Positions 49,430 to 63,025 of a stretch of DNA of 64,000 bases are shown here, piece by piece. A model generated the notes under the pieces. It was not told the DNA's origin. It was given only the letters and a program-made list of their open reading frames with translations, and did no database searches. A program made the translations under genes and the position numbers. The stretch's first letter is position 1. Each line of letters starts with the position of its first letter. Source of the DNA: Raillietiella orientalis (Eukaryota); the NCBI GenBank assembly GCA_036172245.1, contig JAYWIR010000045.1, forward strand, positions 558,001 to 622,000, given 5' to 3'.

Positions 49430-52100
49430 TTTATCGAACGATCGACACAACAAAACCATCCAATCAATGGTGAACAGTAGCGCCACCTTTGATGAAGCTC
49501 TTTTGTTTCACTCGTTAGATTTCTTCCCCACCGGGCAAAGGGTTGTTTCTCGTGTGGAATGGAATAGGGAATCAGAGTGCAGAAAAGGTGAACTGTTTAC
49601 TGAATACAGTTACTTTGTCCCTGGTATCTTGCCAGGGCGACTTGCTTTGTCGGCTTCCTGGATCTTTCGCAGGGTGCGAGTGCTGGTCCATTCTGGCATC
49701 CCGCTGCAGCCTCGTATTCCAATTACTTCCTTCATGAGACTAATCTAAACATTTCTTTCGGAAACCTGCACACCCCTGCAAAACTTCATCCTTCTAATGA
49801 GGATGTTCTGCACGGAGAAGGCCAAAATGATCTCAACATGGGGTCGTACAACGTGGGGTTGTCCGCTGAAGCGTCCTCGAAGGACCTCGATTTGGACTGT
49901 GATGATAGTTTCATCGCCAGTTTGATCACGCTCCAGTCCAGGGAGAAGGTTCTGCAGCCTGTACAGATGGATGTTATCTTCAGTACTCACGCATGCGGGA
50001 ATAAGAATGCGGGGCATTCTTCTTCTCCAGGGTTCCCGGTCCAATGTCAGAGCTTCGGGCCACAAAGGATCCGTTCGTGATTAAACATCAGGAAGCAGTC
50101 CTGGATCTCTGGTAGCAGTCTGGAACTCTACAGGACGGTTCCGATGGCATTTAAATTCAAGGTCGCTTGCCTGATCCTTGTCCACGTCAGTTTCATGGCT
50201 TCTTCGGAGTTGGTGTGCTGCTTGATGTGGTCTTCCAGCGCCCAAAGGTTGACTCGCATCCACTGCAATTCCTGGTTCTTCCATATCTTGCAGGATTTGC
50301 ATGCCGTCCAACATTGCAGCTGGAGCTTGTGGGGCAGAACTCGTATTTCAGAGGGGCTCTCACTGATTGCAAAGTCCTCAAATGCACCGACGGGGATTGC
50401 TGTTCTCCTCTGAAGCCATTCTTCCGTGGACACTGCTGTACCAGTTTATTCGGTTCTTCCATCCTGCTGAGTAACTCAGAATAGCAAAGAAAAGGAAATA
50501 GGATCGGAGTAGAGAGGTGATCTAAGTAGGCAACACTTTGTTCCACAATTGTTCTTCCTTCCATTCAAGGGGATGTTCTTGATTTCGATTTCATAACTTT
50601 TCACGCTACCTTACTGCGTTTCCGCATTGAGATGCTTCTTCACACGAGTGCCATGCGCTGAAAGGTCGTAAGGGAGGCAGAAAATCTTCCTGCTACCTTT
50701 TGGAAGAGAGGTCTGCTGTCAAAAGGAGGCTCAAAGGGGCTTCATAGCAGGTGCACTGTCATGGGGCATGACATTCGCGGAGAGCGTCAGCACGACTTGA
50801 TGATGCCCGCGAAGTCTTCGAGCTGCCAAGAAAGGGGATGGTTTCGATGTTTTTTTTCCGAGCTGCCCAAAAAGTCACGAAAGCTTCCTTGGCATCAATG
50901 ATCACAACGTACTGTTTCTCGATTTAATAGAAGGTCGGTGGAGTGGAATCAACAGAAGGCACTGTAGTTTCCTGCAAATAATTGATGCCGTTCTTTCACG
51001 CGCTCCCCCAAAGATGCCACTCTTCTGAGATCTTCATCTACATCCTATTCCAGAGGCGTCTTGATTTCCCAGCATTCCCCGCGTTCTTTTTTGTCCATTC
51101 CCAAAGGAAAAAGAAGCGCCTTCCTTCTTTGTGTTCTGGAGTCTGACAGGATCAGGACCTTTAAAATGCTCTTCGTTTCCTGGGTCCATATTCTGCGGTC
51201 CGCTGGATTTGCATTGTACCTGGAATTCAACTCTGAATACGTCAGCCGTATCCTTTCAGCCCATTTGTCTTCGGTGCAACTGGGATGGAATGGACGTTGA
51301 GGGTAGAGAGACGACCTATTGCTTCTTGCCTGAGGATGAAATGCAACCGTTGAAGGGCCATTCATAAGGCTGCACGACTAACGATTAGCGGTAATTTGAC
51401 CAAGCATGTAGGCCTCGCAGCTTGGGTGCGATGACATCAAGCGCGCCTAGCGCTTCGAGAAAGTGGATTAATTGGATGGTCCGAGTGCAAACCGCAGGCC
51501 ATATCCAGACTTTTGAATCAAAGTAGGGCAGATAACGCTGTAGCCAAGGGCGTGGAGGACGCAACGACTCCCCTCTTTCGGAGCCCACTCCCTTTTCTCT
51601 TTCGCATCATCTCCGAGATGGAGGCCCTTCCCGGATGATGCACAGGACGCACCTCCTAGATGCTTAGGATCTTCCCTCTTCTCACGCTTACCCAAGCCGT
51701 CCACTGCCTCCTGCTGCCATTCATTGGAAGCTCGTAAAAGAGGCAGGAGGTCTACAGACCATCTTCCGGAAGGGATGTCTGTCTGCTCCTCAAAGGAGCT
51801 TCCCTCCTGAGGTGGCTGCTAAGCGGTGGCAACAGGGACACTGATATCTCTGCACCACGCCTGAGAGACTGAGGGACTTTTAGTTCACCGTTTGGCCACA
51901 AGGGCTCTTTAGCTGTGTTCGAAGAACAGCAGTCAAGCAGTTGTGGGTCTCATGGTCACTTTATGATGCCATGACTGTTGGCGGTCGCGAATAATCCTCC
52001 CTGGCAACTTCTGGAGTGAGGAATCAGAGGTGCAGGGGTCGGAGATTGCCGAGTTCTCACCGAGGTCGATTACAGGATTGAGGGAGCCAATCACAGGGAG
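49430..52100 (-). mobile_element. Decayed Ty3/gypsy-type pol relic with apparent PR-INT-RT-RH order
   Basis: PR-like VIDLGENSAI (~52060); INT-like HHPG, RYLPYFDSKVWIWP, TVAFHPQ..KWAE, PFEPPFDS (51650-50700); RT-like ILQDMEEPGI..SQP, LNAI..LPEIQDC, PAFLFP, SRSFED (50350-49770); weak RH-like CPVGKKS..RASS (~49530). Confidence 0.45.
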
Positions 52101-52899
52101 AAGAGAGAGGGAGTTTGGAATGAAGCGATGCGGTGTGCTGCTGGCGGACAGCGTGCTAACGCCCGCATTCAAGACAGAATGAGGACAAGGGATTGAAAGA
52201 TCTCGTCCACTCTTGCTCGCCAGCCAGTTTTTCTCGCAGAAGCAAAAAGAAGGAAAAGGAAAAAAGAGAGGGAACTTTCTGAAGGGTTGACTCGCGGGCA
52301 GTGTGGGTCGACTGTGGTTCTTCGAGAACACAATCGTCAGCATGGAAGATGCGCTCGATAACAGAACCGATGAGCAGAGAGACCAAGACCTCTGAAACGG
52401 AATGAAAAGGGGCACTATCCACGAGATTCTGTGCGTTTGCAAAGCGCGAAGGAAAGCAGAAAGACATCAGTGGAACCTCACGCAAGAAGAGAGCATGCGG
52501 ACAACGAGACAGAGAAAAGACGAGAGCTGCCTGGACGCGGCCGGATGACGGCTCCGCCCGTCTGCCGCCAAAAAAACCCAGGGAAACAGATCGTCTTCAT
52601 GAGCTCCAGGGCGCTGAGAACAAGGAAAAAGTTCCCCACTCCATCCCCGTTTTCGTTGGGAGGGAGAATGAGAGCAAATCAAACAAGGGAAACCACTCGC
52701 TTTTGTTTGCTTTCCGTCTACTACGAGCAACCATCCTCTGCGCGCCATCATAATGAGTCAAATGGGCCTTTTGCCTAAGATCAGAGTGTAGTATCCTAAT
52801 GAGCCAATGGAGTTCTTGTCGCTAAACCGCAGGCCATTCGGAAGGAGGGGGAGGGTGGAGGAGTGGAAAAGATCGAACCAGTTGCGCCAGCGTACTCGC

Positions 52900-53400
52900 C
52901 TGGAGGGCGTCGATCGCAGGGAGGATGGGAAAATTCGACTGCTCTGCGTCTCCGCAAAGAGGAGGAGGGGGAAGAAGGATGGAAACTTTCCCGAAGCTGG
53001 CTCCTCCGCCTGCCGGCATCCTTCGGAGTAAGGGAAACCTCCGCGGTAGCATTTTGGGGCTACTGAGGCGGGGACGGAAGGGGCCGAGTGAACTCCGGTT
53101 TGACCGCGTGGTCCCGCACGATCGCGCAAGGCTGCCTGCACGCACTCCTGGCTCCACGACATTCCGTTCGAGTCCGGCTGGGAGGCGCCTTCTCCCTTTC
53201 CCTTCTCCTCCTCCTCCTCCACTTCTGTGGCGGCTGCTGTTTCCAGCGGCGCCTCTTTCCACGGCACGCGCTCCCACATGCAACTCTCCCCTCGAGACTT
53301 CGCCCACCTGTTCCGCCGCCTCTGGACAAGGAACTCGGCGCCTGGCCCCTGCCAGTCGAAGACGTCAGCCGTCCTGCTCATGTCTTCTCGAGGCCTCTCC
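52900..53400 (+). mobile_element. Decayed LINE RT relic (CR1/L2-like)
   Basis: GKFDC (~KAFD), GNLRGSILGLL (~GVPQGSILGPLL), LDKELGAW (~LDxxLxW) in order. Confidence 0.35.
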
Positions 53401-56099
53401 AAGGAGCCAAAGAGAAGCGGGGCATTGCTCCGAGTGTCCCCAGACAAAAGCTTCCGTTTCCGGGCAACGCCTTCTCAAATGAAGAGACCAATCGGGATAG
53501 CCAAAGGTTTCGGTAAGGAGAGAGAAGCAGACCGCCGGCTGCGTGACTCGAGTGCTGACCTGCAGCTTGCCAATGACCGCACCCTCCTATCCTTCCGATC
53601 CAGGTGTCGTTGCGCTTGTTTCGAAGCTGCCTGCGCCATCTGTGGAAGCGCTCCGAGTAACTCTTACCTGTAGGTCCGCATCCTACGTGGCAGAGGAGCC
53701 CTAACCGCATCTCTCTTCAGTATCCCCCACCTGGGAAGGGCTCAGACTCGTGAAAGACGGTTTTATTCCTCTCTCTGGTGGGGGTCCGCACTCTTTCATC
53801 CACTCGTTTGCACCCTTCACAGTCGCGCACTCTCTCGTGCATGGAACACACCCCGGGAGCTTCCATGAAGAGCGTGGCTTCGGCTTAAACTGAAAGAATG
53901 GTTTGAGTGGCCTCTGGTTCCGTGAAGGAGATATCGCTGCTCTCCATTCCTTTTCCGTTCTTCCACCCCTTTCCTACTTTGTTCCTCCCTCCATTCCATC
54001 TCCTCCTCCCCGCCTAGAGCTACCGGGTGCTCCCAGACCGTGCAGACCTAGTGAGGGCGCTACCTGGGAATCCCCATTCACCCTTTTGCTTGCCTTAAGG
54101 AAGGGATCCTTCTGGGCATTTCAGCGTGGTCCGCGCTGAAGAGCTGCTGCAGAGGGAAGGAAGGGATGGTGGTAGCTCCCATTCCTCGACACATCCCGGG
54201 AAGCTCCCGCTTTACTATAGGGAAGGAGGATGAAGATGGAGGAATCTTAGAGAGGCCACTGGGGGCTTTTTCCTCCCATACTGTTGTAGGATGCATGTGA
54301 GTGTAAAGGCGGGGTCCCCACGAAGATGATGTCATTTTCATCATTCTGTACCAGCGTCTGCAAATACTCCGAGTCTAGTCGGTCATCTGAGCAGAGGGAA
54401 GGGGTAAAGGGGCTGGCAAAGAGGTGATGGAAGGGAAGGAAGGCGTTCTGTTTTTCATGTGGCAGTCGAACAGGAGCTTTCCCGAGTGGTATCTGTTGAT
54501 CCAGGCAACTGCTAGTTTCGTAGAGCTCAGCGGTGAAGATGGAGGAGCGCGAGCGCCAGGAAAGGAAGGAGGAAACGGGAAACCCTTTTTCCTCCGTCTT
54601 TTGCCTTTCGTCCCTTCCTCGCTCTTCAGGAAGAAGGGAAAGTCTCTGTTTCCCGTGCAGGCAGCTCAAAGGCATCCTCTCTTCCCTCCTCGTCAATCCT
54701 ACCTGCCGACGCGTCTTCGTCCCCCTCCGCCCGAGACGTACAACTCACGTTGCTGCTGTCCATTCCGCCTCCATGGTAACCCCGTGGGGTGCTTCCTGCT
54801 CCCGGAGGCTGAGAGCGAACGAGGTGCAGAAGCCTCCTCTCTCACCCGGAGATGCGTGGAATTAGGTTTCCTGGGGAGTCGGAGAAGGAATTCAGATCTT
54901 CCCTGGAAAGCTGGGCCTCTTCCTCCTACTCCCAGAGAACGTCTCCAGATACTTTTCCCTCGGTCCCCTGATTCCAGAAACGAGTCGCCGCCACTGCTGC
55001 CGTTGCCGTCGATGAGCGGGATGCAAATCCCGGGACCGGCAAGAAGACGCTCTCGCTTTTCTAGGGAGATCGATGGAGGGAGTCTCCTGTTCCTAATGAT
55101 GCTGCATGCAATCTCGTCTCAGAATCCCGCTTGCCGCGCCGTTGAGAATCATCCCGTGGCTTCCTTCTCCCTTTTTGCGGCAACCGAATGGGAATGCATT
55201 CCTGGGGCGCTGGAGCGTTTCCCGATCCGGTCCCCAACAGGCACAAAGAGAAATCTTTACTCCTCTGAACCCGGCAGGCTCGCAGCTTCGGGAGGGATCG
55301 CAGAGGTCGCTTCCTATTCGCCTTTGCTCCAGCTGCGCTCCCCTTCTATCTTTTTCCTCATCTTTCCGCTGGACCGCGGAACCTGATCCACCTCACCAGG
55401 TCCAGCGCAGGGTCCCGACTGCTGACGCGGGTAGAGTCCTCCCGTAGGATCCACCGCTGCTTGAAGTCGGACGCTCTCCTTTGGTACCAATTCTGACCTT
55501 CCGTCGCTCTCCGGAGCGCCTCCCTCGCTCGCTCTCCCGGACAAACGGAACACCGGAGCTCCAGGATACGCGGGGAAGGGGCGAGGGTGAGTCGGGAGGA
55601 GCACGCGGACGACGCGAACCCGCTTATCGGATGATGGAGACGAGAAGGGGTCGTCCGAAGGAGGGGGTCGAGACCTATCGCCGCTCGTCGTGGATCTGGA
55701 CGAGAGAGGGTCCGGGGATGAAGAGCTCCCCGCAGGCTGATCCCACCTCTCAGGAGGGAAAGGCGGTTCCCTTCTCAGTCGAACCCACGATCTCTCAGGT
55801 CCAGATGAGGGTCCTTTTGGAATCTCATCCGTGTCACTCCTGATCCTGCTGAGCATGGAAGGAAGAAGGGAGTAAGCGATCGGGATTAACTCATCTCTAG
55901 ACATTCCTTCGCCTTCTTTTCTTCGTCTCTGAAACCCATCACCAGCTTCCCAACCCTCTTTCCTTCCCTCGCTGTCTCTTTCCAGGAGCATTGGGGAAAT
56001 GATCCCGAACGGAGAGGCGGATGCTTCGAGTCGTCTGAATCTCGGGGAGCCAGAAACGAGAGAGAGTGGGATGAGAGGAGGGAGGAGGGGAGAAGAACA

Positions 56100-57880
56100 T
56101 GCGGTGCGGAATAGTCTTCGGCGCTCTTCCGCGCTCCCACCCCACCCTCCCTCTGGAGCGCGAGGATGTGCTTTGCCTCTCCCTCAGACCATCTCGCTCT
56201 GCTCTGTGAGGTGAGCACGACCCATGGTCGGCAGCCTTGATTGACTCTCCTACCTTCCCCTCTTTCCCTTTCGAGGCAACCTTCTGGTGCTTTTCATGCG
56301 GTGCTTCCGTCCTCTTCAGGAGCCGCTGGGGTCCCTGGAAGTGCGGTAGTCTCCCGTACCTCCAGGCACTCCAGTCCAGTTCAGGGAGGCGAGGCGAAGA
56401 GACTCTGATGCCTCTCCTTTCCTCCCACCTAGAGGACTTTCTAGAACGCGTGAGGGACTGCGTGATTCCCGGAAACCTACGAAAGACTCCTAAAACACCC
56501 TCAGATTCCTCTTCCGACAGGACTTGCTCCATTCCTCCAGGGACAGGACCTCCCAGGGAACGCGTCCGCCGCCTCCAGAACACACACAACAAGATCAGTA
56601 AACAACAAGGTCGGAGATCCTTTCTCTCATCCTTGAGAGATGGACGGTAAGCACTGCAGCGAGCTGCATCCTTCGTCCTCGAGTTCGAAACTCCTCTCGG
56701 CACTCCGAGCACGGCTGGGTCCGTTGTCTGGCAGCGGCTTCTTCGATTGGTCCCGCATTCTCCGGTGCTCTCACTCGGGACTTCCTCCTTTCCAGAGGGG
56801 GGTGAGTCGTCGCAAAATCTGCTTCAGGAGATGCAGACACCGTGCTTCGGAAGATATATGAACCTGCCACGGGATGGCAGCAGCTGTGCCAGAAAGCACA
56901 TCTTCCCTCCCAACCCGCTCCGATCCTGGTCGCCTCTGCAAGGGAGGCACCGACGGGTGTGGGATACAGGGAAGAATGGAAGCAGAGGGCTCAGGTCCAG
57001 TGCATTCTTGTGGGAGGGAGAAGGACGCATCTGCGAAGTTGTTTAGATGGGAGAGTGTCCCTCGTCTGGCAGACACCTCTCCAAGAGACAGGTGCCTACC
57101 GGATCTTCCCAGAGTTCCCGGGAGGTTTTTCATCTCTCCCGGGATTTTTTATCTCGTCCCGAAACTTTCCTGATGCTGGTTCCTGGAACCTGACATTAGA
57201 GAGTGAGATATGAGGTGCTTGAGATGGGATGGTGATGGGATCCCGGCAGGGAGGAATCCTAATCCTCACTTCCAGTACAGTTTCCGACTCACGCACGAGC
57301 GGGGGATACTTCTTGAGGGGTCTCGGATCAACCAGAGAGGATGCCCTGAGGCGCACAATTCCATCCCTATTTTCTCCTTCCCTCCCTTCCCTTTCTCTCT
57401 CCGTTTCTCAGGAGACTTTATGACGAAGGTAAACGGGAAAAGCTCCGGTAAGGCTGTCAGATCAGGGGAGACAACTCTTGCAAGGCTCGAAATTACGAGA
57501 AAAGAAGAGTCCTGGACTCCAGAAGCGCTTAGAAAAAGGCGCAGGTAGAGAGGATCTCGGGGGCAGTGGGTGCTGGGGTCACAGAGACAGCTCTCCTTTC
57601 CCCGAGGTGCACTCACCCTCCCTGCAAGGGGGACAGAAGGGAGAGATCGTGTCATAGTTGTAGCGTTCCGAGGAAGAGGTTCAGTGTCTGGACATCCTTC
57701 TGCGAAGGAGAAAGGAGCAGCTCTCTCTGGAACCCAGACATCATCGTGGAGGAGGCCCATCTTTCCAGGAGTGCTCCCGGAGCCACAGACCGGCCTCATG
57801 TCGGATGCTCGAGTCCGTTGATCCAAAGAACTAAACGGGGACAGATATCCGCCAATCCGAGGTAGGAACCTCGTGTGGGT
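56100..57880 (+). mobile_element. Possible decayed LINE endonuclease-RT relic
   Basis: LEDFLERVRDCVIPGNL (~IxGDFN), GVGYREEWK, EITRKEE, VIVVAFRGRG..WRRPI; weak. Confidence 0.3.
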
Positions 57881-59715
57881 CAACTATAAAAGGAACCAAT
57901 CAGCTCAATAATTTTTCAGAGGCTGGAGGACAAGTCAAGTCCCCCCTCTTTCCACCCATCCTCGTCCGTGCCAGCGATCTCGAGGCTTGCTTCGACCGTG
58001 GACGGGAAGGACGGAGTGGAAGCACCGGTGCCGGTCAAAGTGATTGGTCAGTCACCTCGACTCCCTTTTTGCGCCGTGCTTGGGATAGAGACGCCTGCCA
58101 GTGCCCACCTTGGATGGTGACCGCACCCTCTCTCCGTTTTGAGGATCGCCTTCACTCGCGCGCGTGGCAGGAAGTAGCCAGAGAGGAGGCAAGTGGTGAG
58201 ACCGAAGTAGGCAGACCTTTCTCGGCAGGAGGTCCCGGTCGGGCATCGCGGGGAAGCGGGAGAGCCCGCGGGAAAGCACCCCAGGATTCCTCAGGTGCGC
58301 GCGCGCGCGTTCCTCGGGGACCTCTTTCCCCCGCGGGCGCAAGGCAAGAGTTCCAGCGGAGACCCCAGCTCCTGGCTATCAAGGCGGCATCCACGCCGGC
58401 AGAGTCCGCGGAAGCAGGGGAGCTGAGCGGCGTGGATGCGCTACCTTTGGGAGAAGCGACGCTGGAACCGGAGCGAGAAGAAAAGGGAGGTCGCCAGCTG
58501 GGAAAGCGGCGCTTTGTAGAATTGCAAGGGTAAAAGGTGGTCACGTATTAGGCGGGCTCACCTCCGCTCTTTGCAAAACAAGGAAGGGGGTGCGCATCTG
58601 CATGGTGCGATCTGATGCGCCACCACCTATCTGGAAACCAGCGTGTTCACTGAGTTTTCGGGGGCCGAAAGGGGTGATTGGAGCTCGCTCTCCCTCTGTC
58701 GCTGGGGTTGACCCGGTGCTTTCGGGATCGGCCTCCTACTCCTCTTCACGAGAGAACCGCCAAGGAGACTCAAAGCAAGGTTCACGTCCCATCCTCTGAA
58801 AGTGGTCTGAAGGACTAGATGTCAGATGCTGAGCTGGCGAGAACAGATTTCCTCTGCAGTGAGCGTCACGAGCATCTGAAAGAGAGGTGCGGAGACCTCC
58901 GCATCCGGTTCTTGTGCCGATGATATGATACGCGATAGGGGAGGAGAAAGCTCCGAGCGTCCCGTCCGTTTCCCCATCTCCACGGAGATGCGTTCAGCTA
59001 AAGCAATAGGCATGAGCACCCCCGGATCGAAAGTACAGTGCACGTGGCAGCATGATGCCAGGAGAACAGAGAAGCTGCCCGGGATTTAAGGAACCTCTCG
59101 TTGCGAAGTGGCTGGTCAGGGTTTCCTACCATCTTTCGATCTTCTTGAGACGACCAGTGGGAGCACGAAGCTCTGTGCGAGCCCTGGAAGTACGAGGATG
59201 AGACTCTAGCCTGACCAGAGTTTTGAGCGAGGAAATACCCACACAAACATTGTCAAGGCAACCAGCTTATCGCCTCGGCCTTCTCCTCGCAAAACCACGC
59301 GCCAAGGAAAGCGTCACCGCCTTTCCAGCGATCAATTATCGAGATTCCAAGACTTTCCCGAAGTCACAGAAACGTATGTAGCTGGATTTCTACCATTTTT
59401 TTTTTTTTGTGATAGCCTGCGTGAGTTGGATCAGGTTCCACCAGGCTGGCTTGACAACTACTCGATCGAACCCAGGTCGAACTGACTCCTAGCAATCAAG
59501 GGAGACGCTCGTCACCGGCGGAGTGACGAGAAACCCGACCTCACACCTCCGGTCACTGCTAGGAGAATATTCTAGGAGAAGTTGGCAGTCTTGCTCAGCA
59601 GTGGCTTGGCGGGAGGTTTCTTTTTCTTTTTGTTAGGTCCATTGCACTCACCTTAATGGTCTGTCGTACCATCAACGACCAGTGGAAGCAAACGGTTAAT
59701 ATCCTACTGTGAGAC

Positions 59716-59778
59716 CTCCAGAGACAAACCCGTGTTTGTCTCTGGAGTCGACTCCTGAAAGAAGTCGACTCCAGAGAC
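59716..59778. repeat. Overlapping perfect inverted repeats (inverted triplication)
   Basis: 14-bp arms 59716-59729/59734-59747 and 16-bp arms 59738-59753/59763-59778. Confidence 0.9.
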
Positions 59779-60328
59779 GTTTCCCATCTGCATGGCCTCC
59801 GCATTTCTGGAGCAGCATTTCCTCTCTTCTTCTCCTTTCTGGCGGGAAATGAGAAGAAGGTCCAATGAAACAGGATCAATTGCCGAGAATCAAACTGGAG
59901 GTGGACCGCGCCGAACCGCCTCATTTTGTGAGGATTCCAGCTTGCCTAGAGCATTCTAGAGGATCGAATGCGAACATCTCATAGCGACCCCGTTCTTGAC
60001 TTCAGACTTTCACGTTCCAGCAGCTGGAATCCAATTCCAAGAGGACCACCTCGGATTCCTTGCTTCACAGGAGGAAAGGTAGGATGGGAGGCGGAACGTG
60101 ACGTGGTTCTATCTTTGGGACGGGAAGGAGAGAGGCGCAGTCCACCTTTGAGCAGGCGTGGTGATTTTCGCTGCCACTATCATCATTATTATCCTACTCC
60201 TTTTTCCATGCCATCTTCCCTATTCCTACTTTCTGATTCCTACTATCCTCTGCTACTTTTTTTAAGAGGCCGCTAAATGCTGAAGAACTGTTCGCCTAAG
60301 GACTCACGAAACTTTAAAACTGTACAAG

Positions 60329-61001
60329 ACACCCGGGGGTGGGAGGATATCCCGGAGGGAGGGCATACTGTGAATCCAGGAAGGTTCCGAAGGAAGAAGT
60401 CATTTCTCTTACTCTTGAAGGGAGCTCCGAAAGGGAACCTTCGTCCTGGTTGCCTCCTGAGAGAACCCCGAAGGGAACCTCTTCCTTATTCTCTTTGGAG
60501 GGACTCCTGGAGAGGGCTGCTCCTCATTTCTTCTCCGGAGGGAGCCCTCAAGCGAACCCTTCCTTGTTTCCCCCTCTGAAGAGAACTCAGAAGGGACGCT
60601 TCCCAATTTCTCTGGAGGACGCTCCTCGCAGGGAGCAGTTCACTTCTGTAACACTCTGGAGAAGTATCAAACCCACCAGTTCCATGCTACACGATGGAGG
60701 ATCTTGTCCCCCGAGGGAAGAGATGGTTGCGTTTGCACAATCGGAGGGGAGTTCCCAAGGGAACTGACTCCTTGATTCCTGGGGTGACCCCAGAGAGTCG
60801 ACTTCCGATCCCGGTCAGTAACGGGAGCATCCGGCTTTCACAAGTGCCTCATCCGCGGTCCATGGACCAACCAGCGTCGTCCTCCGGCGAGGGGGCGACT
60901 CGGAACCTACGACGCGCTCATTTCTCAGCGTCGATCCGCCCGCTTTGGGATTCGAACCCTCAACTCTCGGTGCCATGAGCGGAGATCACAGCCACGCGGT
61001 C
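60329..61001 (-). mobile_element. tRNA-headed SINE-like repeat, copy C (near full length)
   Basis: B-box GGTTCGAATCC at 60958-60948 on the minus strand; colinear with copy B including the degenerate tandem 3' units. Confidence 0.75.
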
Positions 61002-62939
61002 TATAAAAGGCTAAGGAGGAACGCTACCGCAGCCTCCATTCCATGGCGCTTTTGCTATCTCCCAATAACAGAAGAAAAAGCCACAGCACGAGCAAAACTC
61101 CCTGTTGCGGAAGCTCTGAGGAGGCTGAGCCAACAAGTTTGGGGCGAAGCAGAAGATCAAGAACCTGGCAGCAAATGGCGGAAGAACAAGAACAGACGGA
61201 TTCGCTTACAACAGATCTCCTGTGTGTTGCATGCGAGCTCGTCGGTTCTCGTTCCACTCTGTTTTCTCAAGAGCTCTTCCTCCCTATTTTCCCTACCATT
61301 CCCTCTTCCCCTCCCTCCCTCTCACAGGATTCCCCGTACGATTTGGCTGACTTTCCCTCCCGCTAGAATCAAAAGACTATGCGTTTTGCACATTCTTTTT
61401 TTTTTCAAGCATAAATAAACGTCTCGGCGCATCCCGGCACGAAGCAGGAAAACTGCACGGTCCAGCTCTGGCTTCCCTGCTGCTCAGACGGCATACCAAC
61501 ACGCTCCCCACTTGCGCCCCCTGATAGCGTCCTCCTGTCGAACCAATCAAACTTCGCCCAACAGTCTCTTTCCTTCCATGCAGAGACAGGCTACAGCATT
61601 CCCCATCCAGCTTTATCCCCATAAATTTGTTTACTTTCTCGTGTTCGCTGAGGCCGTTCCTGTTGATGGAGCTGTTTTTCAGAGCAGCGCTCTTCCTTGA
61701 TTGCTGTGGGGTAACTTTCGAGGTGCGTATGCCCCAAACCTACTCGAATGGAGTCCTGGAGCCTGCTTGTCGGAGTGCTCGGGTTAGAATGGGCGCAGCA
61801 GTGATCTCCAGGTTCTCCAGGTTTGCCATGACAACGTGCATCCCGCTGTTGGTTTCGTTCGGATTTGTCCACGTAGTTGCCAGTTGCCAGCAGAGCTGTA
61901 GCTGCATGCAGCTCCCTCATTCCGAATTTTCGAAACCCGAAGATGTCTCCTCTTGAATCCACCCACAAGCACACCCACAAAAATGATAGTTACCTTGAAA
62001 GATCAGTCAAAAGTGAGATCAAAGAGCTTGATGATTCTCCTTCTTGGATGGAGGAAATTCAGAGCCAGGATAGGGGGGATCCGAACTGTGGTATTAATCA
62101 CTGGCATTAATCACAGGTTCATACCCATCCAATTCAATTCCATCAATCCTCAAGACTCCATTTCCATATTTTCAAAATAAATTTAAGAAATTTTAGTCAA
62201 AAAATAACAATAACTTATCAGGCTATAATTACTACAGTAAATTCTAGAATTATTAATTCACTTCCTCATTTGACACCCATGAACTGACTCCCTCTACTTC
62301 TCCTTTTCACCGCCATCATTCTAATCATACTTACACTCACTCCTTCATATACCTGACCATCAACTTCCTTCACCCTCATCCAACCAATCACTAAATGACC
62401 ATGATAAATTCCATCTTCTCCCCGTTTGACCCTTTTATCTTATCCTCACCATGGCACATCATTACTTCTATGCCATCCTACTCATTACATATCCTGACTC
62501 TTACCATCAATTTCTAAACTCAGCACCACAAGATCCATCAAATTATCATCAAAAATTATCAACAATAACCTCCACCCCCAAAATACCCCTTCAATCAAAA
62601 TTTTCATTACTCTACTACTCACCATCGCCCTTATTAACTTCTCGAGACTCACCCCTTACACATTCCCCTCATCCACCCATCTCTTTGTGTCCCTCTCTCT
62701 AGTCATCCCACTCTGAACTTTCAGACAACTCTTCGCCATTTTCAATAACCCTTCTCACTTCTCAGCCCATCTCACACCTAAAGGAACTCCAACAGCCCTT
62801 TCCTTCATCCCACTCTTCGGAACCATGAGACTAATAATCCAACCGATCCAACCGATTTACTATCGAAGATGCCTCCTCATTCTGCAAGAGCCTGATTCTT
62901 TTTGGACGGAGGAAATTCAGAGCCAGGATCGGATCCAGA

Positions 62940-63025
62940 GGAAAATCAGCCTCCACTAAGAGCCAGGAGTATGGAAAGGAAAATCAGCCTCCACTAAGAG
63001 CCAGGAGTATGGAAAGGAAAATCAG
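62940..63025. repeat. 38-bp exact tandem duplication plus a partial third unit
   Basis: GGAAAATCAGCCTCCACTAAGAGCCAGGAGTATGGAAA at 62940-62977 and 62978-63015, then GGAAAATCAG. Confidence 0.95.

Noticed and set aside
54424..55386. 320-aa ORF and other long ORFs in 52-58 kb
   Set aside because: Pro/Arg/Ser-rich with no domain and overlapping ORFs on both strands, as expected in GC-rich non-coding DNA.
60340..60620. Regularly spaced ~38-nt units resembling a CRISPR array
   Set aside because: Units are degenerate with no repeat-spacer alternation, no cas genes, eukaryotic context; part of the SINE-like element.
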